DNA of 63,401 bases, filler included, from Sluysia triapertura (GCA_046118255.1; 4 parts of 4 records of this genome joined end to end with filler, not necessarily neighbours in it), one strand, 5' to 3'. Shown: positions 14,261-28,563, counted from the whole stretch's first letter. Notes: generated from the sequence alone by a model not told the origin. Translations and numbers: made by a program.

Positions 14261-15196
14261 ATGGAAGAACCACCGAATTACGATAAACAAAAATCAATGA
14301 ACGTTCTTATACAACATTCAAATTTACCACTGATGGCTCAAAACACATCCTTACATACACACTCTATTATCACTCATCCTATTGTGAATAATCAAAAATG
14401 TCCTGTGTGTCATCAAAATTTAAACTTAAAAACAGAACCAAATTGTGATACTGAAAAGAAATTTAAGAAACCTACTACTAGAATTGATCGAATTCAACGT
14501 CATTGTCAAATATTTTGCGAATCTACTTCTTTCAGAGGAGTGCCGAGAATTATCAAAACAAATGATCCAAAACGGCGTTGTTTATGGTCAACTTTTGTTG
14601 TATTTTCACTTTTACTCTGCATAGTTTGTATGGTGCAACTGATAATGCAATATCAAGAGTATGACGTAATTCATCAACCTAAAACAGCTTACAATAAACC
14701 ACGTTTATTTCCTTCACTTACATTTTGCAATTTAAGACCATTGTCAACAGAAAGTTCAAAATTACTTCAAAAGTCTGGTTTAATATCGGCAAATTTGTAC
14801 TTAAATCGACTGAAAAAATCTATGTTGAAAATTCGTGATTTAGTAGAAGAAGAAGAAAAGAAATTGTTAACTATGTCATGGAATTTAAATTCATATATAT
14901 CAAATCTTCCAAATATTACTGAACCAAAAGACATTGGGCATGATTTGGATGAAATGGTGGTGAAATGTGTATTAAGTTATAAAGATGGGATATATTCAAG
15001 CGGCATTCTTTGTCATCGAGCAGGAAGATGGATATCAACATTAAACAGTAACTTTTTAAATTGTCATACATTTATTGCCGACCCAATATACAGTAATCGA
15101 ACATTTGGAATAGAAGTAGTACTTTATCTTGATACACCAGATGATATAGATTGTCATGATTGTCAACCAATATTATTATCATCTCAATTAACAGGA
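14261..15196 (+). CDS. DEG/ENaC (amiloride-sensitive Na+ channel family) first coding exon
   Basis: FCESTSFRGVPRI pre-TM1 motif, RRCLW + hydrophobic TM1, FPSLTFCN, GHDLDEMVVKC, NCHTF. Probable phase-0 GTTAGT donor at 15197. Downstream exons (TM2) not recognised in this contig. Confidence 0.9.
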
Positions 15197-15219
15197 GTTA
15201 GTTAATATATATGTATTAC

Positions 15220-15220
<1 letters not shown>

Positions 15221-15278
<58 letters not shown>
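15221..15278. repeat. (AAT)n microsatellite
   Basis: Direct reading. Similar tracts at ~16411, 17555, 20293, 25667, 35324, 36730, 46872, 54880, 60257 and 63329. Confidence 0.95.
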
Positions 15279-15282
<4 letters not shown>

Positions 15283-16409
15283 CAAATATAAAAGAAAAAT
15301 TAAAATTAATTCGTATAATTAAGAGCAAATTGCCCATATAAATCTAAAAATATTTGAATATTTTAAATATTTAAATATTAAAAAATATGTTATACATCGA
15401 TAAAATTTTTAATAAAAATACAATTTATTTATTATGTTCAATAAGGAATTAAGAAATTAAGTAATTGTTGACATAAGTAATGCATGACATAAGCGAAAAA
15501 AGTGTTCATATGAAATGAGTAATGTACATAAAAATGAATGCTAATCGAATTTCCAAACTTTCTTAATCAATTCTTCTTGTGAATAAACATTTCTGAAGAT
15601 CTTATATTTCAGTAGAATATTTAATTCAGTTTAGTTAATCACTAAAATATTGTTCCTGAAAAACATATTTTAACTTAGTTGAGATATTGTGTTTTTAAAA
15701 AGTAAAGATTCTTAATATATTTTATTATTAAAGGTTTTTGAATAAAATATATATTTTAAATAGAAAATGATTAATACTTAATTTATTTTTAGAATTTTCG
15801 TGTTTCTAGGCCTTCATTAAACTTTATTTGGAACTTTTAATCGAGTATCTCGCTTAATCTACTTCACTCTGTCTCTGAAATGTTGAACTGTTTTAAGTTT
15901 AACTTGTTTGTGTTGCTTACACTACACATCATTTCTCGACTTTATCAACTTAATATATTAACCAGATGAAGACATTTAAAAATTAACATTTAACTAGTCA
16001 CTATTACGAAGATAAATGTAGACCAATAAAATCAATTTTCGAATAGAACTAATTTTATTTTATTTAAATAATGTTATGTCTACAGTTGAGCTTTTTTGAT
16101 AGTAAAAAAAATTAAATATTATAATTATAATTATAATTATTATAATTGAAAAATAAATAAATTTTATTAATTAATTAAATAAAGTATAAAATATAATTCA
16201 TTAAGCAACATTAACAACTTAATAAATTGAAAATTAAACAATAGTGATAAAATGAAATTTAATGTGTTTTATTTGTTATTAAAAATTAACTAGATAAATC
16301 TAAAATTTGTTATTTTTATAATTTAAGAAATTATAAATTTTAAATAAAATAAACATTTTTTGTTGTTACATTGCAAAAAATTTTTAAAATAAGCAAATAT
16401 CATGGAAAC

Positions 16410-16454
<45 letters not shown>

Positions 16455-17554
16455 TATTAATTATATTTTTATTTAATTAATGATATATTAGGTAACTTTT
16501 AACTAAGAATATTAAGTAAATGAATCAATTTTATTATTTCTACTTCTTTTAAATTATAAATTAATTATAATTTATAAATTATACTTCTTATGAATATTTT
16601 ATCTACGACATTTATATAAATAACAAATAATGGTTAAATATTGGTTTGTAACCAAGCTTTAATTTGTTATATATAAAAAACCAGTAAAGCATCGTAAATT
16701 TTGTTTTTTTGAACTATTTTTTCTCTTTTTTATCTAATCTATCTAATTAGATAAATTACTTAAATTAATTTTCTATTATTTTCTATGTTTTTAATGTAAT
16801 AGACTAAGTTAATATTGATTTTGATTATCATATTTTTGTGCACAATAAAAATTGTTATAATGATGTTTTAAGATTATCATATAATAATCATATAATTATC
16901 ATATAATTATCATATAATTATCATATAATAATCATATAATAATTCATGTTTTGATGGATTTTGATAATAATAAATAAATGATGTTGATTCAACACGTTAT
17001 ATTAAAATAAAGTCTTTCAAAAATCAGCGTTAATGTCATGTTTCATCAAAGACAAACAAATAATTAACTTTTCAGATCTTAAACTATACTTATTTCTTTA
17101 TATGAAAAACATTTTTACTGAAATAAGGTATTTTTTCAAGTTTTGAAAATCTGTCTTTTGTTAGAAGATTATATTCAATAAAACAACAATTTTCCACCAC
17201 TTTGTATGACTATCCTGCATATTCATGTAAACATTTCTACAATATTACAGTAAAAAATTTAAATTCACTCAAACATAAAACATGTATCATACTTTATTTT
17301 GTAAATAAATAAAAATGATAAATGTTAATAAGATATCTTTAAATAATAATTATTAAATTAATAATAATATATTATATATTATAAAAGAAGTCTGTAAAAG
17401 TGTTATAATACATCACTAGTTATAGTATTTCTGAAATCTAAAAAAATTTTGGCATTTTTTGTAACTGAATTGGCATTCCATATTACTTGGTTTCGATTAT
17501 TTAAACATATAAATTGTTATTCTTCATTTTCTACGTTTTTCTTACCTCCAAGAG

Positions 17555-17599
<45 letters not shown>

Positions 17600-18799
17600 G
17601 CAATATATTAATTTATATAGCGATATCTACTACTACGTAAAACACTTAACAATTAATGATAATATTTCTGAAATAAAAGAGCTTTCTTTTCTTAAGTATT
17701 TTATAATCTTTCAGGAATTTGAAAATCTTTGGTAAATTGTTCTATATTTTTAAACGTTTATCTTATTATTGTGTATTTTGTATAATTTTTCATCTGGAAA
17801 ACATATTCATTTTGATTTCCTCATTTTGATATCGGCAAGACTTATTCAACACTTCCATTTAAAGATTGCTATCATTATTTTGAATTCTTCTCTTGCTTTA
17901 TTAGTAACCAATGTGATTCTTTAAAAGGTATGTAATCTCTCAACTCTCACTGATGATTCTGTAGAATTTGTTTTATATTAAAGGAAGTCATTTTGATGAA
18001 GAAGATGATAAATATCTTAAGTTAATCTCTGATGAAGAAAAGAACGCAATATAACGGGAATTCTATATCACTGGACTGGACTATGATAAACATAGATTTA
18101 AGATTAAACAAGAAGAAGAGATCTTTATGAGTTATATGCACGACAGATATCTGGAATTTCAGAAGGATAAACAAAGAAGGGAGCAACGAGAATTTGTTTT
18201 ATATTAAAGGAAATCATTTTGGTTTATTTCAAAGAGATATTCAAGAGTTTAAAATAATAAAATTAAATTATACTCTTATTTTTAGTGGTAGTCAGTGTAA
18301 TTCTTTAAAATAAAGTGCTATATGAAATAAATATCAATTAAGTACGTATGGTTCGCCTCTAATATACTAGCTACCTATAGGAATTTTATAAATTTCAATT
18401 TCGGTATCCGAAAAGATCTTTACCACCAGTGAGACAATCCCTACAAATTAATTACAATAATTACTTATTAAATATTATATCTAAGTATGTTAAAGAACTT
18501 ATTCTTATCACTTACGTTTTCTAGAAATTAATAATCTTAGTGAAGTATTGTGATTTCAAACTTAAAATATTTTTTTCAAGATACTATTTTCCAATAATAT
18601 ATATTTTCTTATTTTCGGATAGGTTTATACTAGCTATCATTAATTTCAAACTAAAATTTGTGGTCATCATAAATATTTCTTTCAGAAATGATAATAACAC
18701 TTCAAGTTGTATTATTCAAATTATGGTCGTACAAATCATACAATATACAAATTCTGATGACATATTTTACAATATTATCAAACTATAATCTCAAATACA

Positions 18800-20230
18800 A
18801 AAATTATCGTATTAAAATTGTCTCTTAGTATGTTTCTATAAAGATATTTTATAAAGATTTTGTCTAACTTTAAGTTAGCCCAAAAAGGTAAATATGTTAA
18901 GTGGGATTTGGTTTGGAAAAAACTTACGTTACAAATTTAATGGTGAATCTAAAATAGTAGGAATCCATTTCTTTTGGTATGCTTGGTTATCTATTATTTA
19001 TTGAATTTTATTACCATTTTTATGTTTATTTACCATTTTATTATTTAAAACTTTGTTATTATTTTATTATCAACTTTTCTCAAAAAGTATCCTAGTAGAG
19101 TGTACTTTACAATTATAATAAATCTAATATATTTCCAAATTTGTTGGTTTGGAATCCATTAAAGTGAATAAATTTAATAATTCTAGAAATGTTTTTTTAC
19201 TTTTATTATAATAACCTTAATAGAACTTCTGATTTTTTCAAAATAATATTTAAATAATCATAAAAATTCTTTAATAATAATAAGAGTTAACTGAAACAAT
19301 GTCAAATAATTTAACACTTATTTGATTATTTACTATAACATCAATATCACCACCATTTTATCCTTCTCAACATATGTGAAAAATGTATATCTATTAGAGG
19401 AAATAATACATTAAAGATATTACCTTTACAAACCAAAAATATCTGTGCTATTTTCTCAGATAATCTTAATAATATTTATAATTTTATTTTGAATATATCC
19501 AACATTTTAAATACTAAATTTAATGTAATCATTTTTAGAGTTTTTTCAGACTTTTATACAATTTTAGTTTTTGGATATCCAGTTAAAATTTTATGTGAAT
19601 TAGCTACATGATAAAAATCATTATGATCTTTCGTATTTGTAAAACAGTTCATTTTGTTTATTCGGATAAATTTTCCCTCTAAGGTTTTTAGACTATTATA
19701 AACAGAATGGATCATTTATATTTATATCTTTAATTATGATAAGTGTGACTCAAACATGACAGTGATAACATTCTTAATGTGATGGTTTGTAACTTTATAT
19801 CTTTGAAAACCTATTTTGTGTCATTGTATCCTATTTTAATATAAACCTATATAGAAAGCCATTTTGACTAGGTATTTAAAAAATAAAGTCTAAGTTTCAT
19901 CGTCTTTAACCAATCTTTCAATTTATATAATATTATTAATATCATTACTTATTTCATTAATTAAGTATGGAACCATATTTTGATTTTCCAACTTCTAATT
20001 AAGATAAGATTTGTTAATGCATTCATTAACTGCTTTAATACTTTATTTATTAGAAAATTCAATTAACAAGTTGTCACTCTTGGTTTATTCTATAATTATT
20101 TATTCTAAATTTTTAAAAACTTTCACAATTTATATGCATCCGATATTATAACCATATTATAGCCTTTGATATGATTATTTCTCTTTTGATTAAATTGAAT
20201 GTTATTTAGTTTTATATTTTCATTTTATTT
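18800..20230 (-). mobile_element. Decayed LINE 5' portion (ORF1 zinc-knuckle + AP endonuclease remnants)
   Basis: Minus strand: PFCYN..NC..KDH knuckle-like stretch (~19710-19620); R..NGGDIDVIV (~19360-19330, GGGV-like); FLELLNLF..PTN.GNILD (~19190-19120). Heavily degraded. Confidence 0.55.
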
Positions 20231-20289
20231 TTTTATATTAATATTAAACAATTAAGTTAAAAACAAAAATTTAATTAATAATAAAATTA

Positions 20290-20353
<64 letters not shown>

Positions 20354-20449
20354 AAATTAATAATAAAATTTGCAACAATAAATGATAATGTAATAATTGA
20401 TAATAATAATAAGAATAATAATAATAGAAATAACAAATAAAATAATATA

Positions 20450-22033
20450 TCGTGTACCACAAGAAAGGCAATAACGAGACACTGACGTTTGTTTTTCCTA
20501 TTTTCAGGTAGCATATTGAAAGGGGTATGAAAAATTTAAAATGTATTTGAAGGTGCAAAACTTGATAAAAATGTATTATGTGAAAATAACTTTGGATTAA
20601 AGCGACATATTTTTGAAAATTCATACATTGAATGAAAATTATAATATCATTTATAAAAAAAATTGTATTCCTATTTTAATTAATGGAGAAGTTGCAAGAA
20701 ATTATTATTTTAATTTTAAAAGTTTTAACAAAGAATTACATATCAGAGAATAAACGGATAACTATAAACGTATATAGAATGAAGGAATAATTCTAAATCA
20801 GATGTTTATTTGATCGAAAGCTTAGTCATATTACACATTTAAATAGATATGTTGATTGTTATATATATAATAAATAAGATGTATGTGTTGAAAGATATAA
20901 AAGAACGTACAATGTAAAGTTAATTAGTAAAATCAATCATTTTTAGAATATTGAGTATTTGACAAGACTTATCAGACCGAATCTAATGAATGAGTATAGA
21001 TTGTGTGGTATTTATTGATTATAGATTTAGAAATAAATGTGATTAAACATTTACTACATAAGTGAGCTGATTGCGTTTCTAATTTCACAAAAATTGTTAG
21101 AATCGCGAAGCAATAAGTGAAGGGAAAGCCGAGCATTAGATTCGATTCATAACCATTCACTCGACTTATAATTATTTATAAGCACTGTGATAATGATAAT
21201 ATTGAAGAATACGATAATGATTCATAACATACCGACGTATATTTTATAATCTGATACAAAATAGTTTTCAATTTTGTGTCCTACTTAGTATAAGCCATTG
21301 TTGAAAAGCATTTCCACTAGGTTTTGAGAAAATACATTCTAACTAGTTGATTAATTTCTATATATTTATCAATAATATCAATGATTAGATCACTATTACT
21401 ATTATCGCTTCTTATATTATTAACTATAAAAGTACAATTCTAATTAATTGATTATAACCAAAGTGGATTTTCGAACTGTTGTTAAGATGAGACTGGTCAA
21501 CACCATTAGTAAATGATTTAATTATTTTCTTGTCATAAAAATCAATTAATAAGTTTCCATTCTATTTTTATATATTTATTCTGGAATTTTAAATCCGATA
21601 TTAAAACCATTCTCTAACATTTCTTAAACTTATTCTTTTTCGATTAAATTATTTTCTATTTATTGCATTATTTTCATTTTACTTAGATGTAAAATTTTAA
21701 TATTTATATTCATTTCGACGCATTTATCGTGATTTCTAGTTTGATATTTGAAATTCATTATTTTAATAAATACTTCTTTCAATTATATTAACGACGTCTG
21801 TTTTAAATTAATTTCTTTTTTGACATAATTCATAAATATTATAGATTATTTCCATCGAATCATCCAATAATTTACAAATGTCAACAATTTTTATTAACCA
21901 ATTATCTTCATTCATTAACTTGATATTGTGGGGATTTTAAAAGTAAATAAAATCCTTATAGAATAAAATAAAATTTTTTAACGTGAGTCCACCAACGTAC
22001 TAGGCTTACCAATTAGGGCTAACCGTTGGATTT
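20450..22033 (-). mobile_element. Decayed DIRS-like RT/RNase H unit with leader hairpin
   Basis: Minus strand in DIRS order: LENGFNIGFK (~21615-21588, GF.IG pre-RT motif); ..FCEIRNAISSL (~21095); SICYLK..LWYT (RNase H-like, ~20515-20451). No intact YxDD seen. Confidence 0.45.
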
Positions 22034-22403
22034 ATAGAGAAAGATTTTTAAGTAAAGGTGGAATAACTTCCTAAAGTGTTTGTGAATTTAATAGGATACT
22101 CTTGACTTAATAATTTTACTGTTAATTTAGAATTTAAATGCTTATAGCCCAATCTGTTGAGTTCTGGAGGTATTTTAACAAATGGGAGTCAATTCTCTCT
22201 GTAAATAGTATTTTAATAAGATTTATAAAGAATTCGATGTTAACACAAGTATTTTATCAACTGAAAAAATATTATTAAAAGTAGTTTACGTAAATCCTAT
22301 GAAAAGGATTTGTATCAGAATTAAATTCTGATAATAGAAAGCTTTGCTTTAGTAAGGATTTTATATTTGAAGCTATGAAAATTAAAAATAAACTCTTTAA
22401 TAA

Positions 22404-22503
22404 NNNNNNNNNNNNNNNNNNNNNNNNNNNNNNNNNNNNNNNNNNNNTTAATTAATTAANNNNNNNNNNNNNNNNNNNNNNNNNNNNNNNNNNNNNNNNN
22501 NNN
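22404..22503. other. Artificial contig linker N44-TTAATTAATTAA-N44
   Basis: Six-frame stop linker; the identical 100-bp structure occurs three times. Confidence 0.98.
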
Positions 22504-24103
22504 CTATAAATTAAAAACAAAGAATTTTGAAATTAATATCAGTGTTTGTAATAAATAAAATGAGGGCTTAGATGAGCGACTAAATAAAACTTATTTGAGC
22601 AATTAAATGTTAAAAAAATTCACATTTGTCATGAAAAGCAGCTTGTAGCAACTTTATTTGTATTCGTTATTTATATTTTTCTTATGATTAATGCCTATCC
22701 ACAAAAAGAATAATTTTCTTTATATATTTGTAACAGCCTTTAAATAAGATTTTTAACCAAATAAAAAAACTTCCACTTTCGTTTCCAGAATCATAGAAAT
22801 ACTTTTTCACAAAGAATCTAGCAAAGAAAATTACTATTCAAAAGTATATCATTAAAATTAATTATAAATGCACAAATAAGCTTTATTGAAGGAAAATTTG
22901 GAGAATACATCATTTTTTCAATTATATGGCCTGTCTTTACGAATATATCGTGGATTTATTATGGTGAGCTTTGATTTGGATGTTAAAACAGCATCGATCA
23001 TCAAAAAAGCCATAATGTGTAATTGAAAGATATATATGAGTATCAAATAAATAGAACATTTGTCAATTCATAGTTTAGTATTATTAAAAGATTATAAAAT
23101 TCAATTTGAAATACTTTTTGGTCAATGATGGCATTTAAAGTGCTTAAGCAAAATACTTAGGAACTTAATTTCCCTATTTTAAGGGCTATTTTATCCCAAT
23201 CTAAGCTGAAATGCGGCCGATTTTTGGACATTTGCGCAAAAAATTAATCTTTCAGTTTTTTATCTTACGATAATTTATTTATTACAATTACGTCCGAGTT
23301 TTGTCGGCTCCCGCACACTAGAGATACTATACAGACGTATTAAGTCGTTTCTCGCAAAGAATGTGTTAATGTTTCATAATAGTTTTACAAAATGAAAAGC
23401 TACATTGATACAAAAGCCTAAAATAACATACCTAGTGCATAGATTGCACGTGGTCCTAATATTTTGAAGAATACTGAAGTTGTAGTTACATAAATTACTT
23501 TGACATATTTAAAAAATACGTTACTAGCAGAAAGATTGACGTGATCACGTTGCCACTCAATTCTTAACATAGTTTTATTGACGTAATATATAAAATCGTT
23601 ACAATCTTCACTGTGCGTTAATACGTGAATTTTCTTCTGTGAAAATGTTATTATTTAGTGAGGCAGAAACGTGTGGATATGAAGTGAATTCATTGGATTA
23701 TGTTGCAATATTATTTTATTATGAATTGTTTGTATCTGATTGTATGAATTTGTCTAGTGCATCGTTATTGTTGAATGGTTTGTGGATAAGGTGGTGAGAT
23801 ATAGAATGCATGAGGAACGATTAAAAGAAATACTTATATCTTTTTGTTGGCTTAATTTACTTTCTGCTGTCTGATACTCATTATTAATCGTGTATATCTA
23901 ACGTTTATTATTATCTAAGGAATGTTGTGTTAATCTGAAAGTTACATTGCACTCGTCTCTGATGGAAGAGGTGGAAGTGCAATCCTATCTAATGTCTAAA
24001 AATAAATTATATCCTTTAGTTCAACTGGTTTAACTGAAAATTTATTTATTCAAATGGCAAAATGTTCAGTAAGAGAAAAAATATGGACACTGAATTAATG
24101 AAT

Positions 24104-24590
24104 TAATGGGCTGATGCATAAGTTCGTGTGGTTATTTACAATTATGAAAAATGCATACTTATGAAGAATAAAAACCATGCAAAGATAAATTAAATCATTA
24201 GGAAAACAAATATGTCTTAATCGGTGAGATATTCTCCGCTACAAGTGATCACTTCCTTCCACCGTTCTGGCGTTTAGAGAAACTTGGTGATTTTTTGCCG
24301 AAAAATTTTTCAATCTATGTTCTTTTTGCTTCTTCGTTTTCAAATGTAAGACCAGAAAGATGGTTAACATGGAGCAGAAAAGATGAAAATCTGTTGGAGT
24401 TAAGTCGGCTGATTACGGTAGATGGGGAAGAACTTCCAGGCAAGCTCTTCAATATCCAACTTTGTCATTGTGACGACATTAGGCCGAGCACTGTCATGCT
24501 GCGATCACAATCCATGGCTTGTTCAAGCCCTCGGGTCGATTGGTTAAAACAATCTTCGTCAAAGTCACTTGGTCGGCCAATCTATTATTT
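24104..24590 (-). mobile_element. Internally deleted mariner element
   Basis: TA + TIR atgggctgatgcataagttcgtgtgg at 24106. Minus translation GRPSDFDEDC..STRGLEQAMDCDRS (HTH) joined to NHLSGLTFENEE..PERWKEVITCSGEY (mariner C-term). Confidence 0.85.
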
Positions 24591-24599
24591 TTAACAAAT

Positions 24600-25660
24600 T
24601 TTATTAAAATTTTCTTTCAAAAAAATTATAAAACCACATACACCTTCAAAATATACAATATACATTTTCAAAAATTTATTAAAACTTTTTTTACATAATC
24701 CTATGTTAACATAATCAAAATCATGTGTTTCAATATAACACTTACTCTCAAAATCTACAACTCACATTTTTTAAATTCATATTCAATACAAATATAACTA
24801 AAATCATATCCTTTTCAACACCACACAACAACCTCGCAGAATTCGTTAAAACAGTTCCTATATCTTATTCCTTTTCAGATCCACCAAAATTAACTCTCAC
24901 TTTGCAAAACATTTTAAATCTACATTCTTATAACATACAATCCACAATTACATTCAAAACCAAGTTACATTAAAAAATTCATCTAAATTATTTTATTCCT
25001 CATTTCATAACAATCCAACCACAACCACATTAGAAATCAACTACCAGATACCTTTAAATCATTTCAAATATTCTAAATTCATGATCTGTTATCATTTAAT
25101 CCCTAACAGCACAGAAAGACATATCAAGAAAATGAATCATATTTTTAACATTGTATGACCACCGTTCGAACATACCAAAGTTATACTATAATTTATCTCC
25201 TTTTCATACACCAAACTACACTCTTTCAACAGCTAAACATTATTTTCATTCGAAACACTATGTACATTTATAATCCATTTCAAACATCTATGTTATTTCA
25301 AAATAAGTAAACCATAACCTCTCAATACTCAAGTTCACCTTCAGTTAAAAAGACTAATTAGCAGCTAAAAATTCACTATAAACATTCTACACATTATCAT
25401 ACAGCATTATAACCATAGTCACACCTTAAAACATCGAAACAGTACTTTCATTGAAAACACTCATATAATTCTAAAATATTCAAATCATAAACTTCCAACA
25501 TTCAAAGTCATAACTTCAGAATTACAAGATAAGTTGTGTAGGTACACTAAAATTTTATAAATCCACACTAAGAACACTAAATAAATTTAGTACTTCAAAT
25601 ATGTTTAGAAAGTAAAGAATTAGAAGAAAGATCATGTATAGTTTTTACAAGAATTTAAGC
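24600..25660 (+). mobile_element. Decayed DIRS-type tyrosine recombinase ORF
   Basis: SDPPKLTLTLQNILNL (PD.RLPIT-like), RTYQ (KTDQ-like), HNFRI at 25509-25523 (HSFRIG-like), then IRRK..SFYKN (I..GRW.S..Y-like). Strongly C-rich and G-poor. Confidence 0.55.
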
Positions 25661-25664
25661 AGTT

Positions 25665-25718
<54 letters not shown>

Positions 25719-26166
25719 TTATGTTATTATTATTATTATCATTTTTATTAGTATCATTACTTGTTATTACAAATCACGTATTTTTGTTACCACTATCAGT
25801 GTATATAATTTTGATTTGTATTTACAAACATTGTCACCACTGATAGTGACTACATTTATCACATACAACATTTAATTATTGTTAGCTGTCTCTCAAATTA
25901 ATTGGAATTCTCTTGCTAACTGTCGACCAATGACAGCACAATACACTATCATTTGTTCTCTCTTGTTCACTACCCAGTCAAAATTGTTATTCATGTCACT
26001 GGTTATATCCGCTTTGATTAGGCAACCAATTACAATGATTACCTATTAAAAATAAAAATAATAATAATTAAAATTAATGGTAGTATTTCACAATTTATTG
26101 ATTAATTTACACTGATTTTGAAACAACATCGATCGTAGTGAAAAAAATTGAATGAGAACTTATTAA

Positions 26167-27420
26167 TGAAAATATAATATTTGTAAATGATGATAAGATA
26201 GATATAATTGAAGTAAAGCTATTAAATTCAATATCCGAATATGATCGTGTCATTAATCATGGTCAGCTTTGTGGAAAAGTATTGAAAATTGATCATCCTA
26301 TTCCTAGGAAAGAAGCTGTTGATAAAAAGAACTTGAAGTATATATTTCCTTTACAAGCAATTAAAAAAGATGATCACCATATCAATACTGAACGTGACAA
26401 TATTTTTACTTACATTAAACGACAGACTAATGTAATTGCTAAAAAAGAAACAGAATGTAAAATAATAAGGTACCAATGAAAAATAAAGATTTCAGATATG
26501 TTGTTGAGACACAGAACAATGCGATTGAAACATACAGAATTAGTGAATTTAAATACAATATCGAAGAAATAATTGACGGTTTCAAAACAGCATTTAAACC
26601 CCATGAATATAGAATAGAAACTATGTGTGGGGTTGGTTACGTAGTTTCATGCAAAAACAAACATAGATTAAGTTTCAGTGGAAAAATAAAGTGGATGGAT
26701 TCTGATGAAGATAAATCTTTCAGATTTGGAGATGTAACTAACGATTATAATCCCCATGGCACGAACAGTACATTTTACGATAAGTTATTGCAAATACAGA
26801 TGTGAGGTTTTAGCACAGTCAAATTTTTTTTTTAAGATGATAGATGTTTTGGTAAATTACAATTGAATATTCCAACAGATTCGTTAAATTTAGTTGACTT
26901 GGAATTGAGTAAGAGCTCCATTTACTCTTTCAAAGATCTTAATATTGATGATGAGTCTAAGAATGTGGAATCTATTATAATTAGTCATGATGAGTATAGT
27001 TTATCCCACAGTACACAGATTCAACCTCTAATTATTGCCAACACTATGGCAGATGTAAACGATGATATTTCGGAATTTAAGTCTATAATCGACACAAACA
27101 TTGCTAATCAATGTCACGGGATTATGATATATCAAAGAGTAAAGTGAATAACCAGAATCTTTCTCACAGTTCTTACTACAAATCATGCGAAGATAATGCG
27201 CAATCAGAAAGTAATTCTCCTAGTTAATTGTACCGTTATCATAATACAATCAAACGTATACCAATTCCTAATCGACTTATTGGAATAGCATTGTGTCCTT
27301 ATGGAAGCGATTTCAACGTGTAAAATCTCCAAGCATGTGTCTATATGCTCACACTATTTGTCAAATGGTGGATCCGTAACTTGGACCATCTTTCCAGACT
27401 CACAAGTTTAATGCGATCGG
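26167..27420 (+). pseudogene. Disrupted intronless coding region of unknown family
   Basis: Consecutive same-strand ORF pieces (26282-26479, 26476-26805, 26863-27147) with protein-like composition, separated by frameshifts/stops. CCAAT motifs upstream (~25927, ~26027). Confidence 0.45.
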
Positions 27421-28276
27421 TCAACATTCATGTTCAGCCGAATAAATTTTATTTATTTTTATTATAGTGTTATCTTAACAATTGATATTACTTCATTACA
27501 TATCCAATGAAGAAGACATTGGATATGTATGGCATAATGATAAATTAGAAAATTTTATCTTAAATAAAACGTTTAGTGTTTAGTTTTCACAATTTTAATC
27601 TGAAGGTTTTGAATCAAAATTTGAATTTTGTTTTTTGAACTATTTTTAAAACCACAAATAAAAGATTTATTGTAAATTTTGTATTAAATAAGATAATAAT
27701 TTTAAATATTATAAACACTTTTCGACTACTACAGTTTATTGCGTTATTAGTGTTATATGAAAGTTGATTAATCATTTAATATTGATGTATTTTATTAATA
27801 GTTCATAGTTTTATTTGTTTTGAATATTAGACTTTTATTAACGATAATCGTAAGATTAGTTAGATTCATTTGTTTGATTATATCATTTGCATTATACCGA
27901 ATATAATTGAGGTTGAACTTTATTTTGATTTTTTAATTTAAAGTTAATAGAAAAATAAATTAAAATTGAAACATTAAAAAATGTGCAACAATGTATCAAT
28001 ATTAAAATATATATATTTATATTCATCAACGAACTCAAAATTATTTTTAACGCATCTTTATTACTATTTTATAAATGTTACAGCATCGTAGATTTTTAAT
28101 TATACGATTTCATTCGCTATAAAATTAAACGCAAATTTGTTACTCAATTGTATGAACTTTTTTCGTTGATTTTCAAAATATATACATTCTATCATACTTG
28201 AAACATTATTGACCGTTGAGGTGCAATCCTAAAGTGCCATTTAGAACAATAATAGTATAAATAATTATAATAAAAT

Positions 28277-28563
28277 TGTTAGACGGGGTTGATAGCTCAG
28301 TGATCAGAGCATCGAACATCACAGCTATGAAGCGAAAAGGTGCCGGGTTCGACTCCCATTTTGTGAACCAACACATCGAATTTCCATCTGATGTTGAAAT
28401 TAATGATGCTTGAGATCAGACATAATTGAATTGGGTGACAGGTTGGGGTACAGGCCTAATGGGCCATTTAGAATAATGATAGTATTATGATCTAAAATTG
28501 TTAGACAGAGCACAACTATGAGGCAAGAAGGCCCGGGTTAGTATCGCTTATTGAATTGTAACA
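28277..28563 (+). mobile_element. tRNA-headed interspersed repeat (SINE-like) plus decayed tandem copy
   Basis: A box TAGCTCAGTGA (28293-28303) and B box GTTCGACTCC (28347-28356), no acceptor stem. Degenerate second unit at ~28464-28548; inverted relative at ~31967-32048. Confidence 0.7.

Noticed and set aside
20287-20624. ORFs with poly-Ile/Tyr/Asn/Met runs (also 17449, 25634, 36158, 36700, 46819)
   Set aside because: Translations of (AAT)n/(ATC)n microsatellites.
22448-22459. Recurrent TTAATTAATTAA palindrome as a biological motif
   Set aside because: It is always centred in N44 flanks, so it is a synthetic linker. Adjacency across linkers is not evidence of linkage.
28285-28365. Functional tRNA gene
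   Set aside because: A and B boxes are present, but there is no acceptor stem or clean anticodon arm, and degenerate copies lie nearby.
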